In this document: in pieces, positions 12,001-24,000 of the stretch
Position numbering within the stretch: the first letter of the stretch is position 1
Layout: every line of letters begins with the position of its first letter
Assembly: GCA_903825325.1 (NCBI GenBank)
Contig: CAIKAI010000044.1
Location: 1 to 46,064 of the forward strand
Direction: 5' to 3'
DNA from: Candidatus Shapirobacteria bacterium
GTDB taxonomy: Bacteria; Patescibacteriota; Microgenomatia; UBA12405
Length of the DNA: 46,064 nt
Made by a program: the position numbers and the translations under genes
The notes under the pieces: generated by a model
Told to the model about the DNA's origin: nothing
Seen by the model: the letters and a program-made list of their open reading frames with translations, nothing else
Databases searched by the model: none

Positions 12001-15000
12001 TTTTCCGGTTTTGGCGGTTTTATTGTACAAATGGATTGTTTGGTCGACCACTAAATTACTCCCTACCGTTAGCCCTCTCCGCGTAAACGGTTTACCCTTG
12101 GCCAGTACTTCCTTGACCAAGCCATCCAAAATCGTCAAATTATTATTTTCGAGTAAATCTTTTTTGCTCGCCAGCTCTGCTTGGGATTGAATTAATTGTT
12201 TCAAATTTGTTACTTCGGCTGATGGCACATATTTCTTTTCCGCGTCAGTGGCATACCCCGTCATCAAATTCGCTAATTTTTCTAAATCAGATTGGACTGA
12301 TTGGTAGTTGGGCGAACCCACATATCTATATTTGACCATTTTCAAGATTGTGTCCAAAGCGTCTTTGATACTTTTAACTTTTTGCCTCTGGTCATAACTA
12401 CTATTTTGATCATTTAATTTGTCCAATAAATTATTCACTTCATCAGCATATCTTTTTATTTTTCCATAGTCAGCCAAGCCATTTCCATTATTACTGTTGT
12501 ACTGCATATTACTCACATCATTACCCAGTTTTCCCAATTGATGTGTGTCCAATAGGCTATAGACATTATTAAGGGCAATATATTTAATTCGGCTTAAGGG
12601 CTCATTCATGTCGTAGGAAATTTGCCGTAGGGTATCTTTTAAATTCTGGTTGATTTTATCTAGTTGCACCACCAACAGTTTTACATTGCCCACTACAGCG
12701 TCTTGGACCTTAGTGCCTTTCACCAACTCCAAATCATTTGCCAACTTCCTTAAAATTGCAAGTAACTCATCGATTTTCGATTGTAATTGGCTAATTTTGT
12801 CGGCATCCTTTAATCCGTTCATTTGATCCAAAGATGTTTTACTCATTTGCACCAATTCATTGGCTCTTTCGACTGTCCCCTTGTAACTTTTGAAATTAAT
12901 ATAAATATCCTCCAACTCTGTCAGAGCTTTAACTTTTCTTTCCAACAAGGTTATTTCCCCAACCAAAATGGTTTTTTGTTTTTTGAGATATTGCACATCA
13001 TCGTTTTGATTTTGCGAATTGTCTCGACCGTCTTTAAGAATATTTCCCAAAGCCAGACCTAAGACATTATCGCTTTTATCAGTCACCATATTTTTCAAGG
13101 CCAACCGTCGACCTACCAAAATTTCTCGGATTTTTTGTTTATCTACTTGATTGGTAATCCCCGAAGAATTCAAAATTGTATCAATGTCATCCACTGACAA
13201 ACTATTCAATAAGCTCGCCGCTTGATTTTTAATTTCTTCGATTGTCAAATCTCCAAATAACGCCGCTGACAACGGATTAATATCTTTTGATCGCATTGTT
13301 TTTAATTCGGGAATCGAGTCGGTTGTCAAATCAGTCGCCGTTTTTCGGCCAGTTAATCCCTTAAACAGCAACGATCCACCATGGTCGGTCAGCATTACTT
13401 GACCATTTTTATCAGTTTGCAAATTACCGTATGGGTGTTCTGGACCAGTTCCCACCGCATCCCAATCGAGCAAATATGCTGCCGCTGCAAAATATGGTTT
13501 AGCTTGAGTTCGGTCTACGGCTAGGGTTTGTTTTAGCCCTTCCTCAAAATCAGTCAAGTAATAGACATTATTTCCGTCAGTTAATAATGACCCATTCAGA
13601 GTGGGGATTCCCAGTTTCTTATAAATTTGATTACTAACAAATTCCACTTGCGACTGGACCGGATCCTGATACTGTTTGACATAATATTTCTTGCCAGTAT
13701 ATTTATCCTGATAAGTCCCTCCCTGATTCGTTCCCAATTTTTCTCCAATTTTTTCCAGTCGATCAAAGGTTAACGGGCCATTGGCCAGATCATCAAACTT
13801 CTGTTTTGCTATTGGGTAAATACCCTCCACCAATTTCTTCTTTTCTGCCGCCGAATAACTACCGGTAATAAATTTATTTAATTGCGCTTCCAAGCCAGTT
13901 TGAATGATATTCCATCGTACCTTGGTCAAATCGGTTTGCTCCATCGCATTTTTTACTAGCACATATGTACTCATCCATTCACCAGCTCTGTTCTCACCTA
14001 AAGTGTTAATCACCAACATCGCCAATTCCGAATTACGTCCTCCGTCCTGGTCCGCCTGCACGATTAAATCTGTTCTCAATTTATCTACGTCCTGTTGTTG
14101 GGCCACCACCGTATCTTTTTGCTTAGCGCTGGCAAACTCCATTGGTAGATAGGTAAATTCATCTACCACTCCCGATAATTTGATTGTCTTGGAAATCACC
14201 GAGCTTTCAATTTCATTAAATTGCATTCGTCCTCGCGCCAACTCCGAGATTAACTTATTCAAACTTAAAATTTGCGTCAAATTTGTCGTTATCGGAATCT
14301 GACTATCAACACTTTTCTCCAAATTATTTACACTAATTCGTAAATTTTCCAAATCAGTCCAAGCCTGAGCGTCTCCCGTTCTTAAATGATCCGCCGTTGT
14401 GGCAATTTGTGCACTTAATTTCTTTCCCGTCTCCCCCATTTCTGTCGGATAGTTTTGATTAATATTCTCCACAAATACACCCAAAGTTTCCACCTTGGCC
14501 AATGCTTCACTCATAATTGTCTGTTTACCTTCACTGATCCTTTTTTGGATATCATCAATTCTTGCGAGTATGTTGGTTAGTCCAGTCTTTAAATCATTAG
14601 CCCCATCCACTTCCTCAACCAAACTTATCTGTTGATTAATTCTCTTTTTCCAATTCTCCAAATCGGTCGACAATGCTTCCAAATCGCTAAATGCTTGCTG
14701 TTTGTTTGCCAAACTAGTACTTCTTAAATTGTTCTTTATCTTATTGACCTTTGATTCTATTTCCCCCAAAGACACTGCATTATTAGCTTCTTTTCGCAAT
14801 TCATTGAGAGCATTTTGGGCTCTTATTTTGTCTACTTCTTTCTGAAGCCTGGCTTTATTTTCCGCTTTTGCTTCGGCTAGTGTAAATGCTTGTAACTTCA
14901 ACCTTATTTCTACTGCTGTTGTTAATCCAGCCAAATCAGTCTCCTTCATTCCTGCCTCTAAAGCTGCTTTCTTGGCTGCATCAAATTGCTCTTTAACCGC

Positions 15001-18000
15001 AGCAATATCTTTCTCAATGGTAGCTATCATTGCTTTATTTTTGTCAATTTGCTCCTGTCCAAGATTTAAATCCTCTGCTTGTTTTAGTAAATCCTTGGCT
15101 CGTTGCAATAAGTCCTCCAAATTTGTTTTCTTATTCTTCTCCAAATCAATTATTACTGCTAAACCATTGCTAGCCTCTGTCTTTTGTTTTGCTTCATTCG
15201 CTTGTTTATCGATCAAAACCTGATCCAGAGTCAATTGATTTGGATTAGCCGCCACCGCTACCTCGGCCGCTTTTAATCCAGCCTCAGTTTCCTTATTTGC
15301 TGCATCCATTTCTTGCTTAATTCTGGCTTTAATTGTCGCCACTACTTTATCAATATCCGCTTGGTTCGTGGCACTTTCTAATGCCTGATTCTCAAATAAA
15401 TCTAATTGAGGGTATTTAGAACGAACAGATTGTTTGGCTATACTTAACTGCTGTTGCGTCTCGAATTTTTTTGTTTTCTCCATTAAATTCTTAATATTTT
15501 CTGGCAACTCTCTACCGTCATACAAAACTTTATTATAGAAATTGACTAACTCTTCGAAACTTGTACTCTGAGGCAGATAATCAAATGTCTTCGATCCAAC
15601 TTCTTTTTTGAACGCTGCTATTAATTGGAGTTTTGCCCTTATTTCTACAAATGCATCAATAGATAGAGATTCCTTCAATTTACCCTTATCATTCATGGTA
15701 ATTTTTACAAAATCAGAATAATCGAAATACAAATCAGTCGGTTGATGATAATATCCAAAAATACCCGTCTCTTGATATAACTTTTCAAATTGATCAACCG
15801 CTTCCTTTGCTGTCAGTGGTAAATTGTCACTATAACCATTTAGGATTTTTTCCAATCGTCGATTTCGACTTGAAATATCTATTTTTTTGTTAGTATCTAT
15901 CACTACGATATCAGTGACTTTATTAGTTAAGAGATCGACGGTATGATCATCGAGCTTCATTCCTGAATTTATATACAACTCCGTAATTTTAGCTTTTACA
16001 TCGTTACGGTTTGAATTTTCATTAAAGTTCATTTCCAGAACGCTTTTTAGAATGTCACCAAAACCTTTTGTTGCCACTATCCAGTCTCCTTTATTATTCA
16101 ATCCCAGTGATCTGGCCGCCTCACCCAAAAGTGCCTCGCTGTTAGCATCTAAGGTCAAAGCATTCTTTATACTTAGCTTACTTGTCTCTATTTCATTAAG
16201 TAAAGCGTTATAGTCGTTTTTACCCATTACCCGACCCAATACATTTGGCCATAAAGTTAGTGGCTGTCGATCGAACATCGCCACGGCCGCCTTTACTCCA
16301 TATTTCATTTGCGCAACTCTGAATTCCTCAATTGCTCTAGTCACTAACTGTTTATAATAATCCCGTCTTTTTTCCAGCACCGCCTTCATATAAGGGCTAT
16401 TTATCCTCTCAATTGCCTCAGAGTAATAATCATACAAACCACCATCTGCTTTTTTCTCAAGCAAATAAGCTATTAATAATTCATCACTTATGTCATATCC
16501 CGTCGACAAATATGCAATCAACTCATTTTTTACGCGTGGGTAGATATAGTTTTCTTCCAACATCGTCACCCAAGAATAACTAGTCACATCCCCACTTGAA
16601 CCAAGTTTTATCTGACCATCCGTCCCAATTAAATTATTTAATTCAGTTATATTAAACCAATCCAACAAACTATTTAGTGAATGCCGATGTTCATGATCCG
16701 CTGCGCTTGGTGTGTAAGTTTTTTGTCTAAATCCCACTATGCTAATTCGTTGACCCTCAAATTTGATCGTACTATTAAAACCTCCGGAATAGTCAATTGC
16801 ATTTTGTAATTGCTTACTAATATTGTTCAGATTGGTCACTCGTCCAAAAGTACGCATTGTAATAAAGTCAGTATCATTATCAACTATAAAATCAAAACCC
16901 AATAAAGCGACTTTCACAACGACATTCCCTTGCGGTTTAACAAGATACATATCTTCAAACAGTTTGTTACCATCGATGGTCATTTCTCCGTTTTGATCTT
17001 TTGTTTGATATTGTTCTTGTAGCTCAGCTACCTTAGCCCGAGTTAATTGATAATATTTGAACATCGACAGAAGGTCTTTCCAATAGTTGTCCGGCAAACC
17101 CAACACTTGTGAATTATTTACAAATATTTCCCGTAATTTATTTTCTGAAATATCCGGAGTTGCTTCAATTTGCGCTACAATTTCTGCTTCCAGGGAGTTC
17201 AAAGCCGCTTCATGCAGGGCGTAATTCTGTCGATAATCAGCCATTAACTTCAAATTGGTCGCCAAATCTCTTTTGCTTGAACTGCTTCTAATAGCTGCTA
17301 ATTCCTTTACCGGATCAAAAAACCTCCGGATTAGCTTGCCATTTACCAACTCCACTTCTGTCTTAACCCCATTCTCATCAACTAAATATAAGGTCCTCGT
17401 TTCATTTAAGTTGAATTCCAATTCTTTCCCTGTTAGTTGTTTACCCGTAGCTTTGTCTACAATTGATCCTGTCTCAGCCGGTAATAACACCACACGACTC
17501 CCAAATATTTGAGTCTTTGCCAGTGTTACTCCAAATACTTCCAATGAATACTCCACCCCAACCCCTTCATCTGTCAATGTCAAAGTCGGACTTACATAGA
17601 AAACACCATGATCATCTGCATACGATATTAACATCGATGTCCCTACCACAAATTCCTTGGCAGAACTCATCACCCAAGCCCGATTGGCTTCGTCCCAAAC
17701 ATCAATTGTTAACTTGTCAGACATCATCTTACTATTTACCAACTGATATTTTCCATCAGTGTTCTTGACAAACTTAAGCGTATCCGACCCGTAGTTTCCA
17801 AAACTCAACTTCATCCATTTAAATCTTTTTTCCTGTTGCATTTTGGCTATCAAAGCCACATATTGTTTAACTAGCATATCTCTGACAACTTTCGGAATAG
17901 GCTCTACACTATCACGGGTCAATGATTCAATATATTTATCAATCGCCGGACCAATATACGATGTACCGTCGTCTACATCGGCATAAGGTAGAATCTCCAT

Positions 18001-21000
18001 CAATTTTGCCTCTGACACCACCGAATTTGGCGACTGTCGATCAGTTAAGTAAATTAATTTGTAAGCCCAATCATTCAGTTCGTCCACTTGCCACTGTTCA
18101 GTAATGGTGCTCGGGTCAATATTTATTCCCACTGCCGCATATTTAGCCATCACTTGTTTATTATCCAAAGCCAGACCCAATTTTAATTGAGTTGGACTAT
18201 TTTTTGCATCCGCTGCCACCGCCACCTCAGCTGCTTTTAATCCATCATCAACTTCTTTTTTCGCTGCTGCTTTTTCTCTGGCAATTCTGGCTTCTATTGT
18301 GGCCGCTACTTTATTAATTTCATTTTGATTCTTAGCATTTTCTAAAGCTTGATTCTCAAATAAATCGAGTTGAGGGTATGTAACCCGAACCGTTTGTTTG
18401 GCATTATCAAGTTGTTGTTGTTTTGCTTCCGCTGCAATCCGGCCATCAATTATCTTTATTACATCATTAATTTCCTTCTGATTATTAGCTTCAGATAATT
18501 GTTGACTTTCAGTGTCGGTCAATTTCACCTTTTTATCACCATATTTCTTCAACACGTTGTCTTTGGCATCCTTAAGTTGTTTAGCCTCAGCTTCTTGTTT
18601 TGCTTCTGTGGCTAATTTTTCGACTGCGGTTTTTTCATTATTCAGGATTTTAAATATCTGTTGACCGTTTCTAAAAAATATCAAATACCCATCAGTAGTC
18701 AAAGTATATTTACCGTACATCAACCCAGCGCCTAAGCCACGATTTTCATAGGTTACTTCAACTGTTGGCAACGAAACTTCATCACCACGGCCTACGTTTT
18801 TAATCGATACGATCACACCATTTGTGTTTCTCTTTATTGCTAAATCAACATTTCTTTCCATTTCTGGGAAATATATTTGTTGAACTTCAACAGATCCTCT
18901 CTGATCAATTATTCCCAGCTTATTCCACCTATCCAATCTAAACTGTTTAATTGGGGCTAAATTATCCAACAAAAATGTTATATCAACGTAACTCGAGTTA
19001 AAAGGCATAAATAAATTACCAGCCACATTTGCTATTTGATTCGAATATTCAATCGGTTTGTTTGTCAAAACTCCACTATTTATAACCTCACCGTAAACAC
19101 CAAAACTGGTAACTTTTGCATCGGCAAAATATATTCTGTCAACCCAAACTCTTCCCATATTGTCATATCCCATTACCCACCGCACCGGCCTACCTTGCCA
19201 CACAGTTTCATATATTTCCAAGGTTACCAAACCTAATAATGTGTGATTTGTTGTTTCAGTCTTTACTGGCCCTTTACTAAAATCTGGTACAAAGCCATCC
19301 GGATACTTTATCGCTGACAACTTATTTCCATCAACTGGCACTTTATTGTAAGTCCCGGGCATGTATTGTTGAACATCTGCCAACGCTCCACCGTCATCAT
19401 ACATTTTTACTTCTCTGTCCCACTCAGAAAGTGTGAAATTCACTACATCATCATTTTTTAGTTTGAAATAATTTAGGATATCCTTATTAACTTCGATCAT
19501 TTGTTCACTTTCTTTACCTGATAGATAGTCGATGATGTCTTGAGTGGGTTTAGTTGTCTGAGTATAATGTGCTCCTTTTTCAAAAGCGCCACTAGGAGTC
19601 ATCCAAGGCGACAACCTCCAACCACCAGAACTGTTACTTTTCCAAAATAATCTTGGTTGTAACTTGCCATTAACTTCAATAAAAGCTACCGACAATAACC
19701 TGACTTTTTCAAATTCGTTGGTCGTTTCGCTTGTCATCTTCAATACATTTGGGAACATAAAATACGTATCCCTACCCACTGTCAAAACCTGAGTCGGGAT
19801 CAAATTTGGATCAGATAACATATTCCGAACAGTTGCTGTTTGCTTGGTATCAGTTCTAGCATTTTTGAAAAATTCACTTTCCGCTTCAGTTAAATTTCGA
19901 AGGTTTATTTTTGTAGCTGACTCATCAGCTCGGTTTTGTGTTGCTGCTACATCCGCAACTTTTTTCCGCGCCACCAATTGATTCACTCCGGCAATTGTTT
20001 TAGTTTTATCCAACTGTGTCTGATCTACGCCCAACGCTAGGGCATCTTTTTTGGCTTGTTCAAAATCAGCCGCTAATTTTTCTGCCGCAGCTTTCTTATC
20101 AGCCAAACTTTGATTATAGACAACAACTAAATTATCAATTTTGCTGACATCCACACCAAGATTTCTTCCTAAATCTGCCATTTTCTGGGCATTTGCCAAG
20201 TTACCTTTGTTGACAATCGTTATTCTGTTTACATAATCCGTAACAGTTTTAATATCCGTTTCTTTTTGAATTTCCGCGGCGGTTTTTTGCAGTGCTTTTG
20301 GCACTGATCCATTTAATTCCGCCAATTCAATATCATTTTGCAATTGGGCCACCACTGCTTCAATGCCTCTATACCCAACCCCCAAATTTTTAGCTCTGTC
20401 CAAAATGCCCTTTGCCTCAACCAGCAAAGCTTTTTTATCTGCACCACTTGCTTTTAATTTAACCGTCATCGCCGCCCAATCACTTTCGACTTTATTTTTA
20501 GCTTGCATTACCAATAAACCATTTGTCAACTCTTTTAGGGTCGTCATTTCCTTATTTTTGAAATCATCAGTTGCCAATACCGACAAATCTGATCCGGTTA
20601 AATTGCTTGACCCGGCAAAATCAATGGCTATTAGTCTTTTACTACCATCTGCCATGGTTTGTACCCTAATATTTGACGGATGCAATTGGTTGGTCAATTT
20701 ATAATTAGAATTTGTTGATGCTTCCTTAGATGTGTTAAATAAATCACCATGTGCCGTACCCGTTATATCATGTACTTTTTGCATTTCCTCGATAAAGTCA
20801 TCAACCATTTTCTGGGTTAAATCACCACCTTCAGCTAAGTAGTTGCTTAACGCCACCGTATCTTCAAAATATTCTTGTTGGAATCCGCCCAAAACTAAAC
20901 CTTTAAAGGTTATAAATGGTGCCTTGCCCCCCCATTTTTGATAAAACTCCAGTTGGAATTTGTTATCTTCGTACACTCCTCCGGCAATATACTCATCCAA

Positions 21001-24000
21001 AATCTGCCCTTTAGGCAAAATTGGTTTTATAAAGATTTTTGTCAAAGTCTTGGTTATTTTATTTACAAAAGTATTGGCATACGATCCCGACGATCCTTTT
21101 TCCCCGTACAATGGTGTCGCCACATAATCCGGTATGTTCAAGGGCCAGCCCAACGGCACCATCTTGGCGACCTCATTGGCTTTCTGCAAATATAAATCTT
21201 TATCCGTTTGGCTCGCTGCTCGAATAATCTTGTTTAAATAGCGATTATAAACTTGGGCCACAATGTCATAAAAATATTGTGGCTCAGCTGTTTTAGTAAA
21301 TAAGCCATCTTTTTCCCATTGCTCTAAGGTGTCTAATTGCGAGTTAAATAGTTCGTCCGAATCCTTCGTTGTATTAGTCACGTATTTCTTCGCCCCTAAT
21401 TTTACGGCCCTAGCCGCCACGTCCGCCGCACTTACTACCACCGGCGGTGGGTTATTAACTCGACTTGCGTTTGGCACTGTCGCCGTTGAATTATTTGTTG
21501 TCGTTCGACTTGCGTTTGGCACTGTCGCCGTTGAATTATTTGTTGTCGTTCGACTTGCATTTGGCACTGTCGACAATCCCGCTTGGTAGTCGATTAACTT
21601 TTTATTTAAATTATCAATAATAGTTTGATCAACTCCGTATCCTTTAGCATCATTTATTAACTGCTTAACTACCTCCACATTGCTCGCGTCTACCGTCGTT
21701 ATTGTGGTTATTTTTGACATTGCCGCAATCCTCGCTCTCAACTCCGGAGTTGTCCCCGTTACCACAAATCCCGCTCCAAACATTTTTCTCCCCTCTCGAG
21801 CCAATGCTACTCGGGCAGTTATCTGAGCATTGGTTCCCGTCACCATAAAGTCTGCCCCAAATTCAGTTTGAGTATCTTTAATCAGTTGATCCCTGGCATT
21901 TAATGGTTGAACTCTGCTGCTATTTGGTATTGTCGCGGTCGAGTTAAATGCATCAATTTTCTTTTGCAAATCAGCAACCACATTCGGCTCAACGTGATTA
22001 TCCGTCGCCTTTTTCAACAACGCCGTCGCTTTAGTCATCGCTGCCGCTTCTGAAATTGGGTCCAACACTGCGATATCGTAAGTAGTTTTTAATTGAGTAT
22101 CAGTAATTCCCGACAAATTTACGTTTTGATACGCCGATCTAATTACCGTCATTAATTCCAATCGTTTGGAGGCTATCGCTGCCGTAAAATTATCCCAATC
22201 AGCATTTGTTTGAATACTTGGCAAAACATCCGTTCCAAACAAAGTTTTATAATTCTCCTCATTAACCATTCTGACGCTCGAAGTTTTCGCCGGCACTCGA
22301 TCGTTGGTTGGATTATTAGCCTCCCCCATTCCTACATTTCCCGCTCCACCATTATCAAATGCATCAATTCTATTTTGTAAATCATTTTTGATACTTTGAT
22401 CTATTTGATAGCCATTAGCACTGGTTAACAGCTTTTTTGCCTGAGTCACATTGGCCGAGGTTATCGGTCCCAGTGCTGCGATATCCGCCACATTTTTTAG
22501 TTGGACTGTTGTTAAATTAGCCGCATTAACATTTGGGTATACCGCTTTTATTTGAACTGCCAATTCGTCACGTTTAGCACTAATATCCGCCACCATTTGA
22601 TTCCATGTTCCATTGTTCATTGCCACCGGCTTGGGTACCACAATTCCCAAAGCCCGGGCATTTGATTCTGTTACCATCCTCGCTCCACTATTTACTTTTG
22701 GTACCAAATCGGTCGCAGTGTCAACCGCAACCGACGATGCTGCCGCGCTCCCCGAATTGTTAGTTGAAGTTGAGTTCGAACTTGCCACCGTCGTTGATTC
22801 CCCACCCATACCCCGTCTATTTTCGGTTGGGAAATCTTCAGCTGTGTATCTTGAAGCAATCGCTTTTTCCAACTCCACTAAATTCTTCGCCTCCGCCACC
22901 GAACCTTGAGTTTGATTACTTCCACCATTTTCAAAAGAAATCCCAGTAGTTGGATCAGTCGCCATCAATTTCTGATCGGGACTCCATTTTGTTTGGAAAT
23001 CACCATAAGCTTCCGATTTTCCCAAGCTGTCTAGTTGACCCTTCAAATCAGTGGCTAACTTTTGTAGCTCTGCTTGAGCACTTTCCAAAGTATTTTTTAC
23101 CGCCAAGGCTCCACTACCTGGAGTGTCATTTATCATTTGGTTTCTCAATTGAGATTCCTGAGTGAAAACCGCCAATTTATCGTCATAGTATTTATTAATT
23201 TCTGCCAGCTTCGCTTCTCTAGCCGCCGGATCGATTCCTATTTGTCCCTCAACTGCCTTCACTGCCAAACTTCGAGCATCAGCAATCGCCTCTCTCGACA
23301 TATTCTCAATCGCCTTTATGACTGTTTCTTGTCGAGTTTCAGCGATCGCTTTCGCCTGATTGGCTTCATATAATGCCTTTGCCTGGGCTGTATTAATATT
23401 TGGATCGGCTCCGACAATGAAATGATCCGGTCCATATAATTCTGCATTTCCATATTGGGGATTATCCCGCAAAAAGGTTCTGATATCGGCATCAAAGTTA
23501 TCCACTGAAGGCGGCTTACCCTCGTTGGTCATCACCCTCACAATTTCGCTATATAATCTATCCCGACCAGTACCTTGAATCGCCGTGTCCATGGTGGTAT
23601 TAGTGTCATTAATTTGGACCCATCTGGCATTTTTATCTACTGCCAAATTTAACCCGGTGTCGCGGTGTTGAATTTCCAACACATAATCAGCCGAGCTCTT
23701 AGCCATCCCCTCACCATAATTTGCTGCCACATAGTTTTTGTAGTCGGTGATATTGTTAAAAGTTTTAATCGATCCATCTTTGAATTTAATGGTAAAAGTA
23801 CTCGCATCGGCATCGATAATATGGTGGTCCCTAACTCCCTTATATTGTTCATCAATTGCCTTTGAAACCTGGTCAGTCATTTCTCCAGTCGCCGTATTCA
23901 AAATTCTCACATTCTCGTAAACTAGCTGAGCCCGGTCGAGCTGAATAATTTTGTCCGCCAACACATCCATTTGACTACTTGCCGGCTCTCCATTTCCATT

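Noticed and set aside
21461-21573. The tandem repeat could be a small CRISPR array or a regulatory repeat.
   Set aside because: The units are directly adjacent with no spacers, are 45 nt long (a multiple of 3), and lie in-frame within the giant ORF. This is a coding tandem repeat.
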